23,848 bases of DNA from Kofleriaceae bacterium (GCA_046597055.1 JBKJLC010000215.1:1-23848); one strand, 5' to 3'. Shown: positions 8,291 to 17,233, numbered from the stretch's first letter. The notes: generated by a model not told the origin, from the sequence alone. Translations and numbers: made by a program.

Positions 8291-9043
8291 TCAGGCCGCG
8301 AGCCGGTCGAGGAAGCGGCGCGCGATCAGGTACGCGTCGCCCGGCCAGCGCGCCGACACGTAGGCGCCGTCCTCGACGACGAACGCGGCGCGGTCGTCGT
8401 CGCGGGTGCCGCGCGCGGTCATCGTGCGCGGACCGCGGACAAACTCGCCGTCGGCGCCGACCGCGGCGCGGACCTCGTCCTCGACGTAGGCCGGATAGGT
8501 CCGGTAGTAGCGACCGAGCTTCCAGAACGTGAGGAGATACGCCGAGCGCTCCATGTACTTCGGCAAGCAGGTGGTGCGCCGGCCGTGCAGGACCGAGCGG
8601 CCGGTGGCCGGGTCGAGCGTGCGCGCCAGCGGCAGCACGCCATGACAGATCGCGCCGACCGGCCGGCCCGACCGCCAGGTGTCGGCGATGATGCCGCGCA
8701 CCGCCTCGCTGTCGAGGTACTGGCGCATGCCGGCAGCATGGCCGCCGGGCAGGAACAGGCCGGCGAGGCGGGCCACGTCGAGGTCGCGCCACCGGCGCGG
8801 CGCGCGGAAGCTCGCCGCGGCCTCGAGCTCGCGGTAGCAAGCGATCGCGTCGTCGCGCGCGCCGAGCTTGCCGAAGATCACGCCATCGAGGAGGCGGGGA
8901 TCGGCGGCCGGGGTCGCCCCGTCCTCGGTCGCGAACACCACGGCATGACCGGCCTCGGTGAACAGCTTCCACGGCACCGCGACCTCGGTGACGTCGAAGT
9001 CGCGATCGGGCAGCGGGATGAGGATCGGGCCACGTGAGGTCAT
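8291..9043 (-). CDS. DJ-1/PfpI (class I glutamine amidotransferase-like) protein
   Basis: DFDVTEVAVPW, LPGGH, nucleophile elbow GAICHG, and YVSARWPGD. Confidence 0.92.
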   Translation of the reverse strand: MTSRGPILIPLPDRDFDVTEVAVPWKLFTEAGHAVVFATEDGATPAADPRLLDGVIFGKLGARDDAIACYRELEAAASFRAPRRWRDLDVARLAGLFLPGGHAAGMRQYLDSEAVRGIIADTWRSGRPVGAICHGVLPLARTLDPATGRSVLHGRRTTCLPKYMERSAYLLTFWKLGRYYRTYPAYVEDEVRAAVGADGEFVRGPRTMTARGTRDDDRAAFVVEDGAYVSARWPGDAYLIARRFLDRLAA

Positions 9044-9154
9044 GCGCACCGTCAGGACTGGAGGTCGACGTCGGCGACTGCAGCGCGCAGCCAGGCGAAA
9101 GTGTATGCCGCCCCGCGCGGCATGACCTCGAGGCCGGGCGTGGTACCCGACGTC

Positions 9155-9670
9155 ATGGTCCGCCTCGCGTCGCTCGTCCTGCTCGCCAGTCTTGCCTGCA
9201 CCCGCCCCGACGCGGTCGGTCCGGTCGGTCCGGTCGGTCCGGTCGGTCCGGTCGCGCCGGTCGGGCGGTTCACCGCGACCGACGAGGCCGCGGTGCGCGC
9301 GGTGCTCGCGGCCCAGCAGGACGCGTGGAACCGGGGCGACCTCGAGGGCTTCATGGCCGGGTACCTGCGCGGGCCCGCGCTGGTCTTCACGTCGGGCGGC
9401 AACGTGCGCCGCGGCTGGGACGAGACCCACGCCAAGTTCCTCGCGCGCTACGGACCGGCCAAGGACACGATGGGCCGGCTCCGCTTCGACGTGCTCGGCG
9501 TGCAGGCGGTCGGCGCCGACGGCGCGGTCGTGCTCGGCCGCTGGCAGCTCGACGGACCGGCCGCCGGCGCCGGGGTGTTCTCGGTGATCGTCGAGCGGCG
9601 CGCGGAGGGCTGGCGGGTGATCCACGACCACACCTCGTCCGACCCGGCGCCGGCCCCGCCCTCGCCTTGA
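9155..9670 (+). CDS. NTF2/SnoaL-like (YybH/DUF4440) lipoprotein
   Basis: QQDAWNRGDLEGFMAGY ... GWRVIHDHTS, with lipobox LLASLA-C. Confidence 0.88.
   Translation: MVRLASLVLLASLACTRPDAVGPVGPVGPVGPVAPVGRFTATDEAAVRAVLAAQQDAWNRGDLEGFMAGYLRGPALVFTSGGNVRRGWDETHAKFLARYGPAKDTMGRLRFDVLGVQAVGADGAVVLGRWQLDGPAAGAGVFSVIVERRAEGWRVIHDHTSSDPAPAPPSP
9218..9262 (+). repeat. In-frame 9-bp tandem repeat (GGTCCGGTC)x4 plus one degenerate copy, encoding (GPV)4-APV
   Basis: Read directly from the sequence. Confidence 0.95.
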
Positions 9671-9707
9671 TGATCGTTCACTGATCCGCGCCTGATAGGC
9701 TGGCGCG

Positions 9708-10697
9708 ATGTCGCTCGAGACCGCGTTCACCCGTCACGCCGGCATCGAGGTGCCCCTGATCTGCGGCGCGATGTATCCGTGCTCCAACCCGGAGCTGATC
9801 GCCGCGGTGTCGGCCGCGGGTGGGCTCGGCGTGGTGCAGCCGATCTCGATGTCGTTCGTGCACAAGCACGACCTGCGCGCCGGGCTGCGCTGGATCCGCG
9901 CGCGCACCGACAAGCCGATCGGCTTCAACGCGATCGTCGAGAAGTCGTCGCGCGTGTACGAGGATCGGATGCGGAAGTGGGTCGACATCGCGCTCGAAGA
10001 GGGCGTGCGCTTCTTCGTCACGGCGCTCGGCGATCCGCGCTGGGTGGTCGAGAAGGTCCACGCGGTCGGCGGCGTCGTTTATCACGACGTCACCGAGCGC
10101 AAGTGGGCGGTGAAGGCGCTCGAGGGCGGCGTCGACGGGCTGATCTGCGTCAACCGCGACGCGGGTGGCCACGCCGGCGCCCGCTCGGCCGAGGCGCTGT
10201 GGACCGAGCTGTCCGATCTGAGCGTGCCGCTGGTGTGCGCGGGCGGGGTCGGCGACGAGGCCGGGTTCGTGCGCGCGCTCGACCTCGGCTTCGCCGGCGT
10301 CCAGCTCGGCACCCGCTTCATCGCGTCGGACGAGTGCAACGCCCACGACGACTACAAGCAGGCGATCCTGCGGGCGCGCGCCGAGGACATCGTGCTGACC
10401 GAGCGCATCTCGGGCGTGCCGGTCGCGGTGATCCGCACGCCGTACGTGGTTCGGGTGGGCACCGAGGCCAGCGCGCTGATGAAGCGGGCGCTGCGGCATC
10501 CGCGGCTCAAGCACTACGCGCGCCTCTACTACACCGTGAAGAGCGTCTTCGAGCTGCGGCGCGCCTCGCTGCAGGGCGTGAGCTACAAGGACTTCTTCCA
10601 GGCCGGCAAGAGCGTCGCCGGCATCGACCGGGTCGAGCCCGCCGGCGAGATCATCCGGAGGTTCTCGGCCGCCGCGACCGCCCGCCGCGCGGCGTGA
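9708..10697 (+). CDS. Nitronate monooxygenase / FabK-like FMN-dependent oxidoreductase
   Basis: PLICGAM..SNPELIAAVSAAGGLG, AGGHAG, AGGVGD, GVQLGTRF and AGKSV. Confidence 0.92.
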   Translation: MSLETAFTRHAGIEVPLICGAMYPCSNPELIAAVSAAGGLGVVQPISMSFVHKHDLRAGLRWIRARTDKPIGFNAIVEKSSRVYEDRMRKWVDIALEEGVRFFVTALGDPRWVVEKVHAVGGVVYHDVTERKWAVKALEGGVDGLICVNRDAGGHAGARSAEALWTELSDLSVPLVCAGGVGDEAGFVRALDLGFAGVQLGTRFIASDECNAHDDYKQAILRARAEDIVLTERISGVPVAVIRTPYVVRVGTEASALMKRALRHPRLKHYARLYYTVKSVFELRRASLQGVSYKDFFQAGKSVAGIDRVEPAGEIIRRFSAAATARRAA

Positions 10698-10715
10698 CGC
10701 GCGTACAATAGGCCC

Positions 10716-12626
10716 GTGCCCGACGCTGGACCTGCGGAGCTCGAGCAGCGGATCGCCGCGCTCGAGCGCGAGAACCAGACCCTGCGCGACGCGGGCACCG
10801 CCCTCGAGGCCGTGCTGCAGACCCCACCCAACTTCCTGGTCCGGGTCGGGCTCGACGAGACGCTCCGCTACACCAGCCTGCTCGCGCCCGGCCACACGCT
10901 CGAGTCGGTGATCGGCACATCGATCTACGCGTACGTGCCCGCCGAGTGCCACCAGGTGGTGCGAGCGTGCTTCGCGCGCGTGCGCGCGACCGGGCTGCCC
11001 GACGCGTACCACACCCTCGCCGAGGTCCAGCCCGGCGACGTCCGCAACTTCTACACGCGGGTAGGCCCCATCCGGGAGCACGAGGAGATCGTCGGCTTCG
11101 TCCTGGTCACGACCGACATGACCGAGCTGGTCGAGGCCCGGCGCGAGCTCGAGCTTCACCAGGCCAAGCTCGAGGTCGCGGTCGAGGCGTCCGGCATCGG
11201 GTTCTGGACCTGGGATGCCGCCACGGACATCGTGACCTGGGACGACGCGACCTGCCGCGCCTGGGGCGCCCGCCGGGCCACCGCCCCGACCCGCTTTGCC
11301 GACGTGATCGCGCGCGTGGTCCCGGCCGATCGCAAGGTGCTGCACGATCGCATGGCGGCCGCGATCCCGACCGGTCGCTTCACCGGCCTCGAGTTCCGCG
11401 TGGTGACCGACCGCCGCGAGGTGCGCAGCCTCATGACGAGCGGCGAGATCAGCGCGACCGAGACCGGTCGCATCGCGACCATGCACGGCGGCATCCTCGA
11501 TGTCACCGAGCGCAAGCGCCTGGAAGACCAGCTCGGCCAGGCCCGCCGGCTCGAGGCGGTCGGCCAGCTCGCGGCCGGCGTGGCGCACAACTTCAACAAC
11601 ATGCTGGCGGCGATCATCCCGACCGTCGAGCTCGCCGCGCGGCGCGCGCCCGAAGCGGCCGACCTGCTCGGCATCGTCCGCGAGTCGGCCGAGCGCGCCG
11701 CCAGCGTCGTGCGCCAGCTGATGCGGTTTGCCGGCCACCGCCCGCCGGCCGCCACCCGACCCGAGTCGCTGACCACGATCGCGGAGCGCACCGTCTCGCT
11801 CGCGCGCGCGATGCTCGAGCGCCAGATCCAGATCGTCTTGCGGACCGCGCCGGGCCTGGCGGCCGCGGTCGATCCCGGCGAGCTCGAGCAGGTGCTGATG
11901 AACCTGGTGCTCAACGCGCGCGACGCGCTGGTCGACACCGATCGCGCGTCGCGGATCGTGATCGAGATCGACGGCGTCGCGTCGGTGGACGGCCCGCAGC
12001 CGGCCGCCGACGGGAACTGGGTACGGATCCGTGTGCGCGACAACGGCGTCGGCATGGACGACGAGACGCGGCGGCGCGCGGTCGAACCGTTCTTCACCAC
12101 CAAGGCGACCGGCAGCGGGACCGGGCTCGGGCTGTCGAGCGCGTACGCGGTCGTTCGCGCGAATGACGGACAGCTCACGATCGACTCCAGCCCCGAGGAC
12201 GGCACCGTGGTGACGATCCTGCTGCCGGCGGTGCCGGTGGTCGAGGCCGCCGGGTCGCTGTTCGGCGAGCACCTGCGGGGTCGGGGCGAGCGGCTCCTGC
12301 TGATCGACGATGACGCGCTCGTGCGGTCAGCCCTCGCGCGTGTGCTCGACGAGGCCGGGTACCACGTCACCACGATGGGCGATCCCCGGGCGGCGGTCGC
12401 GGCGTACGAGGGGGCCGACTTTGATGTGGTGCTGCTCGACGAGTCGATGCCCGGGCTGACCGGGACGCAGGCGCTCGCGCAGATGGTGGGGAAGGATGCC
12501 GGGCTGCGGGCGATCTCGCTGTCGGGGCTGGACCGGCCGATCACGGGCGCGAAGGCGCACCTGCTGAAGCCGGTGGCGGTGGGGGAGCTGCTGCGGGTCG
12601 TGCGGGGTGTGCTGGATATGCCGTAA
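10716..12626 (+). CDS. Hybrid sensor histidine kinase (PAS-PAS-HisKA-HATPase-REC), soluble
   Basis: H box AGVAHNFNNML, N box NLVLNARDA, DNGVGMD, EPFFTTK and GTGLGL. Receiver LLIDDD...LLDESMP...LKP. PAS ends DMTE and DVTERK. Confidence 0.95.
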   Translation: MPDAGPAELEQRIAALERENQTLRDAGTALEAVLQTPPNFLVRVGLDETLRYTSLLAPGHTLESVIGTSIYAYVPAECHQVVRACFARVRATGLPDAYHTLAEVQPGDVRNFYTRVGPIREHEEIVGFVLVTTDMTELVEARRELELHQAKLEVAVEASGIGFWTWDAATDIVTWDDATCRAWGARRATAPTRFADVIARVVPADRKVLHDRMAAAIPTGRFTGLEFRVVTDRREVRSLMTSGEISATETGRIATMHGGILDVTERKRLEDQLGQARRLEAVGQLAAGVAHNFNNMLAAIIPTVELAARRAPEAADLLGIVRESAERAASVVRQLMRFAGHRPPAATRPESLTTIAERTVSLARAMLERQIQIVLRTAPGLAAAVDPGELEQVLMNLVLNARDALVDTDRASRIVIEIDGVASVDGPQPAADGNWVRIRVRDNGVGMDDETRRRAVEPFFTTKATGSGTGLGLSSAYAVVRANDGQLTIDSSPEDGTVVTILLPAVPVVEAAGSLFGEHLRGRGERLLLIDDDALVRSALARVLDEAGYHVTTMGDPRAAVAAYEGADFDVVLLDESMPGLTGTQALAQMVGKDAGLRAISLSGLDRPITGAKAHLLKPVAVGELLRVVRGVLDMP

Positions 12627-12630
12627 GAGG

Positions 12631-12660
12631 GCGGCAGCGGCAGCGGCAGCGGCAGCAGCA
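12631..12660. repeat. Hexamer microsatellite (GCGGCA)x4 plus GCAGCA
   Basis: Read directly; begins 4 bp after the kinase stop codon. Confidence 0.95.
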
Positions 12661-12757
12661 CCAGCGCGTCGGGAGCCAACGAGCCCCGCTCGCCGAGCCG
12701 CCGCTCGCAGCGCGGTCGGGCCCAGAGCCCACGTGGGTGTGACCGCAGGCGGAGGCG

Positions 12758-12965
12758 TCACGGAGGTGGACGGCGCAGCCCCCAGAGCAGCGCGATCATG
12801 CGGCGGGCGGTGCGATGGATCGCGGCCACGTCGCCGACCCACCCCCAATCATCAGCGGCCTCGAGTGCGCCGCGGACCTAGATCGGCGTCATGGCGCCGG
12901 ATCAGACCCACGATCGGGCGCAGCTGACGCATCAGCTGCCGGCTCACCGCGAGCGCGACGAACTT
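12758..12965 (-). pseudogene. Internally deleted four-helix-bundle protein gene (TIGR02436/23S rRNA IVP/bAvd-like)
   Basis: One frame gives FVALAVSRQLMRQLRPIVGLIRRHDADL. After a frame switch near 12880 another gives VRGALEAADDWGWVGDVAAIHRTARRMIALLWGLRRPPP*. These match the two ends of the family as I recognise it. The central ADQL.RA..S...N.AEG segment and an ATG are missing. Confidence 0.75.
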
Positions 12966-12977
12966 CTCCTCGGTCGC

Positions 12978-13236
12978 TTCGTCGTCCCTGCCAGTGTCCG
13001 CGCCGGCGAGCGCGGCCACCGGCACCGCCGGGCTCCGCGTCCGCGTCGACCACGACGGCACCCTCGGTCGCCGCATCGCCGCCGCCCACGGGCTCGGGGT
13101 GCCGTTCGTCGCGGTGGTGGGCGCCGCCGAGGTCGCCGCCGGCACCGTCGCGCTGCGCGGGCGCGAGCGCCAGGAGGGGCTGGGGCTCGACGCGGCGATC
13201 ACCGCGCTGGTCGAGCGCTGCGCGCCGCCGGCTTGA
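12978..13236 (+). pseudogene. Orphan fragment of a class II aaRS anticodon-binding domain (ThrRS C-terminus-like)
   Basis: FVV(+1 C)LPVS...AGLRVRVDHDGTLGRRIAAAHGLGVPFVAVVGAAEVAAGTVALRGR. There is a frameshift at gtcgtcCctg (about 12986), helix 1 is shortened, and no catalytic domain is present. Confidence 0.75.
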
Positions 13237-13812
13237 TCAGACCGGGAGCCAGGACGACGCGGGCAGCAGCATGCCGACGAAGCCGGGCGTGCCGCCGATC
13301 GAGCCCTCGCCGAGCCGGACCTCGATGAGGAGGTCGCTCATCGTGGGCGCGCGCTCGGTGGCCGCGCGAAACCGCGCCGCGCAGGCGACCGCGCGCGCGC
13401 GCAGCTGCTCGTCGTCGAGCTGGCGGCACAGGGCCGCGACCTCGTCGAGCGTCGGGTCGGGCGCGGGCAGCGGGTACAGGAAGGTCGGGCCCTGGCTGGG
13501 CCGCAGCACCGCCAGAAACCCGTGATCGAGGAAGCAGGCGATCGCGAGCGTGGCGATCTCGTGCAGCGTCTCGAGGGCGCGCGGGCCGGCACCGACGTCG
13601 ATCGCGCGCACCGCCACCGTGACCGACAAGGCAGGGGTCGGTCCAGCCAGGGTCCGCACCGGGATCCGGGCATCGGCGCGCTCGAGCACCTGCTCGATCA
13701 CCAGCTCGCTCAGCGCCGGGCCCAGGGGACCGTGACGACGCGGATCATCGACGGTGGGCTCGTCGAGTCCGATCGATTCCGCGCGGGCACTCACGAACCA
13801 CAACGCTTGCAC
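13237..13812 (-). CDS. Hypothetical protein (start uncertain)
   Basis: Open frame with GC3-biased codons over about 13237-13730 (ALSELVIEQVLERADARIP...). No recognisable motif. Confidence 0.55.
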   Translation of the reverse strand: MQALWFVSARAESIGLDEPTVDDPRRHGPLGPALSELVIEQVLERADARIPVRTLAGPTPALSVTVAVRAIDVGAGPRALETLHEIATLAIACFLDHGFLAVLRPSQGPTFLYPLPAPDPTLDEVAALCRQLDDEQLRARAVACAARFRAATERAPTMSDLLIEVRLGEGSIGGTPGFVGMLLPASSWLPV

Positions 13813-13941
13813 GGGACGTACCGAGGCCCACCGGCAACCAACGGCCAGTATTGGCACGGATGCGGCCCCGGTGAGACGCCGTATCGACGCATAGAAAGCG
13901 AGCCAGCTTGCCCCGATCTGGCGACTCGACTGGCCACCGGC

Positions 13942-14403
13942 TCACGCAGGCGCCGCCACCATGTGGGTGCCGGCGTGGTCGATGATGAGGCCGCGCGCGC
14001 CGGCCTCCAGCGCCGCCCGGTGTCGGTCTGGGACCCGCAGCGCCCGGTCGAGCGCCGGATCGACGACCACATACACGGTCTCGGCGGTGGCGAGAACCGC
14101 GCCATCCGCCCAGCGCGTGAAAATCGACGCCAGTGTGAAGGAAGTGGTCCCCACCCGTGCGGTGGTGAGGGCCGCTTGCAGCACATCATCGAAGCGGGCG
14201 GGCGCCTTCCACTCGATCAGCTGGCGCACCAGCCGCCAGTCGATGCCGGCGCCGGCCAGGTCGACGCCTCCGAACAACACCCGGGTGTACTCGGTGGCGG
14301 CGATGTCGATGTAGTCGGCCCAGCGCGCGTTGAAGACGATCTTCTGGGCGTCGCACTCGCCGTACCGGACCCTGAAACGAAATCGGAAGGGGGAAGCGTC
14401 CAC
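13942..14403 (-). CDS. Hot-dog-fold acyl-CoA thioesterase (YbgC/4HBT-like)
   Basis: RVRYGECDAQKIVFNARW, WKAPARFDD and VGTTSF. TAGGAT-N6-GTG upstream. Confidence 0.92.
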   Translation of the reverse strand: MDASPFRFRFRVRYGECDAQKIVFNARWADYIDIAATEYTRVLFGGVDLAGAGIDWRLVRQLIEWKAPARFDDVLQAALTTARVGTTSFTLASIFTRWADGAVLATAETVYVVVDPALDRALRVPDRHRAALEAGARGLIIDHAGTHMVAAPA

Positions 14404-14526
14404 GCGCGCATCCTACTGCCGCGCCGTGAGGGCGGTGGGGCGGGTCCCCCCATGGTGGGGGAGAGATCCCCGGCACGCGGGCAGGACCTACATGTCCAAT
14501 CGGGGTGTGGCCACGACTTGCGCTGG

Positions 14527-14542
14527 TGGCACGACCGTTGCT
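14527..14542 (+). promoter_or_regulatory. Sigma54 (-24/-12) promoter
   Basis: TGGCAC-GACCG-TTGCT is the exact consensus, followed by SD GGGAGG and ATG 14568. Confidence 0.82.
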
Positions 14543-14567
14543 GCCCATCTGGTCTCGGGAGGCCAAC

Positions 14568-15854
14568 ATGTATCGCTACGGCGACGGGACTCCGTTCCCA
14601 TTCGAAGAGAACTTCATCGACATCGTCGTGGCTGCGGTCGACGCAGCGGCGTCGACGTTCGCAGCCGCGGCCCAGCTCGACAGCCTGCGCCAGAAGGCGC
14701 AGCTCGCGCGGCGCGACGCTGACGACGAGGGCCGGCGCCTGACCGCGCTCGAGCAGGCGCTCACCGGCGCGGCCGGCACGGCGGGTCCATCGCTCGGCAA
14801 GGACGCGACGCTGACCCAGCAGACCGCGCAGCGCGCGCTCGACGCCGCCAAGCATGCGATCGTCGCGGCCCGCGCCCAGCTCGACAAGCGGGTGGCCGCG
14901 GCCGCCGCCGAGCCTCGGGTCGATCGCGCGATGCAAGCGGCGTTCGCGGCGGCCGCGCGGTTCTTCGATCATCACGAGCTCCCGCGCACGAGCTGGGACT
15001 GGAAGTGGGTGAACGACGAAGGCGCCGAGGCCACCGCGCGCAGCGGACGCTTCGCGGTCACCTACGACCTGATCGAGCCACCGTGGTCCGCGCCCGCCCG
15101 CATCGGCGCGCTGGTCCCCCACCTGAGCGTCCGACTCCCGCGCAAGCGCATCTTCGGCAAGCCCGCGCCCGCCAAGGTCTCGCTCGACAAGGCCGGGCTG
15201 GTCTCGGTCTCGCGCACCGGCGACGCGATCGTGCTCGGCGTACGCGAGCTCGCCAGCAAGCCCTCGGGCGGCTGGCGCATCGCCTTCTCGCACGCCGGCG
15301 CCGCGGTCGGCACCTGCACCCCGCTCGACGCGGCGGGCCAGCCGATCGGCGCGGAGATCGAGATCGAGGGCGACAACGCGTCGTCGCTCACGCGCCTGAT
15401 CGACGCCGTCATCACCGCGATGGACGGCGTCCTCGCCCGCCGCCGCACCCGCGACGTCACCATCAACAAGGTCGCGCTCCGCTCGATGTCCGACCCGGCT
15501 GAGCCGGCCAAGGCCATGCTCGATCTCCTCGCCCCGACGATCCGCACCCTGTGCGCCAGGAGCGGCGCCGCCGGCGAGCTCGTGCTCAAGAAGGACATCG
15601 CCGACGGTCGCCGCGAGGAGCTGTTCGTCCCGCGTCAGCAGATCGCGCAGAAGTACATGACGCTGCCCCCCGAGTACCGCCGCCTCTTCGAGGCCGCCGG
15701 CCTCGGCCGAGAGCTCGCCACCGACCTCGACGTCGACGTCATCGAAGACATCGCCACCGACCGCCGCCCGCCGCGCGCGCCGCCGCCGCCACCGCCACGC
15801 ATCCCAGCGGCCGGACCTCACATGCCCACCCTCATGGTTGCCCCGGCGGCCTGA
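14568..15854 (+). CDS. Hypothetical protein (428 aa): coiled-coil N-half, beta-rich middle, Pro-rich tail
   Basis: SD GGGAGG, strong codon bias, MYRYGDGTPFPFEENFI... No known catalytic motif. Confidence 0.85.
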   Translation: MYRYGDGTPFPFEENFIDIVVAAVDAAASTFAAAAQLDSLRQKAQLARRDADDEGRRLTALEQALTGAAGTAGPSLGKDATLTQQTAQRALDAAKHAIVAARAQLDKRVAAAAAEPRVDRAMQAAFAAAARFFDHHELPRTSWDWKWVNDEGAEATARSGRFAVTYDLIEPPWSAPARIGALVPHLSVRLPRKRIFGKPAPAKVSLDKAGLVSVSRTGDAIVLGVRELASKPSGGWRIAFSHAGAAVGTCTPLDAAGQPIGAEIEIEGDNASSLTRLIDAVITAMDGVLARRRTRDVTINKVALRSMSDPAEPAKAMLDLLAPTIRTLCARSGAAGELVLKKDIADGRREELFVPRQQIAQKYMTLPPEYRRLFEAAGLGRELATDLDVDVIEDIATDRRPPRAPPPPPPRIPAAGPHMPTLMVAPAA

Positions 15855-15901
15855 GCCGCGCGCGGTCCCCTCTCCCTCCTCCCATCCCGTACTCTCCCCC
15901 G

Positions 15902-17233
15902 GTGCCCGCCACCGCCGACCTCGACGCGATCGTCGTCGGCGCCGGCCTGTCCGGGCTCGTCTGCGCACACCGCCTCGCCGCGGCCGGCGCCGGCCTCCTC
16001 GTCCTCGAGGCTCGGGTTGCCCCCGGCGGCCGCCTCCGCTCGATCCGCCTCGACGACGGTGGCACCTACGACCTCGGCGGCCAGTGGCTCTCCGACGGGC
16101 AGCCCCGCCTCGCCGCGCTCGCCACCAGCCTCGGCATCGCCACCGTCCCGCAGTACCGCGACGGCGTCGCGGTCCTCGCGCTCGCGGCCGCGCCACCGCG
16201 CCGCCTGCTCTCCCGTGCGCTCGCCGCGCTCACCCGTCGCCGCCAGCTCGCGGTCCTGTCGCGGCTGCTGCGCCAGGCCGGCCGCGCCCCCGATCCCGCG
16301 TGGGACACCGACAGCCTCGGCGCGTGGCTCGAGCGCACGATCGCCGACCCCGCCGTTCGCGAGCAGGTCACGCTCCACGCCGAGCTCACCTTCGCCGCTG
16401 ACCCGCACGACCTGTCGCTCCTCGGCTACCTCACCGACCTCGCCGCCCAGGACGGCGCGGATCCTTTCACGGCGAGCAATCGCAGCACGGACGGCGGCCA
16501 CGAGCGCCGCTTCGTCGGCGGCGCCCGGCGGCTGCCCGACGCCCTCGCGGCCTCCCTCGGCGAGCAGGTCTGCCTGGCCACGCCGGTCCGCGCGATCACC
16601 GCCGCGTCCGATCACGTGGTCGTGACCACCGATCGCGGCGAGCTCCGCGCCCGCCGCGCCGTGGTCGCCATTCCCCCGGCCCGCGCCGCCGCGATCACCT
16701 TCACCCCCGCGCTCCCGGCCCGCGCCGCCCAGCTGCTCGCGTCGTCCCGACCCGGCGCCGTCATCAAGCTCGTCGCCACCTACCCACACGCCTTCTGGCG
16801 CGCCGACGGTCTGTCCGGTGAGGCCTACCAGACCGCCGGGCTGGTCCGCGCCACGGTCGACGGCAGCGCTCCCGACGGCGGCCCCGCGCTGATCGCCTTC
16901 GTCGTCGCCGCGGCCGCCGCACGCTGGGACGCCGCCCCCGAGCCCGCCCGCCGCGCCCAGATCACCGACGAGCTGGCCACCCTGTTCGGCCCGGCCGCCG
17001 CCGCGCCCACCGCGCTCGCGGTGATGGACTGGGTCCGCGATCCCTGGACCGGCGGCTGCGCGGCGACCCTCCCGCCCGGGGCCGCGCGCGCCGCACCCGC
17101 CTGGCGAGGCCCGTTCGGCCGCATCCACGTCGCCGGCACCGAGAGCGCCGCGTCATGGCCGGGGTTCATGGAAGGCGCGATCGAAGCGGGCGAGCGTGCG
17201 GCCCGGGAGGTCCTGGCCGCCGCCGTCCCCTGA
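15902..17233 (+). CDS. Flavin monoamine oxidase family protein
   Basis: VVGAGLSGL, LEAR..PGGR, DLGGQW and HVAGTE...GFMEGAIEAGERAA. TACTCT-N6-GTG upstream. Confidence 0.93.
   Translation: MPATADLDAIVVGAGLSGLVCAHRLAAAGAGLLVLEARVAPGGRLRSIRLDDGGTYDLGGQWLSDGQPRLAALATSLGIATVPQYRDGVAVLALAAAPPRRLLSRALAALTRRRQLAVLSRLLRQAGRAPDPAWDTDSLGAWLERTIADPAVREQVTLHAELTFAADPHDLSLLGYLTDLAAQDGADPFTASNRSTDGGHERRFVGGARRLPDALAASLGEQVCLATPVRAITAASDHVVVTTDRGELRARRAVVAIPPARAAAITFTPALPARAAQLLASSRPGAVIKLVATYPHAFWRADGLSGEAYQTAGLVRATVDGSAPDGGPALIAFVVAAAAARWDAAPEPARRAQITDELATLFGPAAAAPTALAVMDWVRDPWTGGCAATLPPGAARAAPAWRGPFGRIHVAGTESAASWPGFMEGAIEAGERAAREVLAAAVP

Noticed and set aside
5779..8532. Very long antisense or alternate-frame ORFs (for example 917 aa at 5779-8532 +, 864 aa at 9678-12272 -, 707 aa at 932-3055 -, 659 aa at 14217-16196 -)
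   Set aside because: Shadow ORFs expected in high-GC DNA. They are Arg/Gly/Ala-rich, carry no motifs and overlap well-supported genes.
12631..13236. Diversity-generating retroelement, suggested by the Avd-like relic
   Set aside because: No reverse transcriptase and no TR/VR pair differing at adenines in the window.
14508..14521. TGGCCACGACTTGC as a second sigma54 box
   Set aside because: GG-to-GC spacing is 9 nt rather than the required 10.
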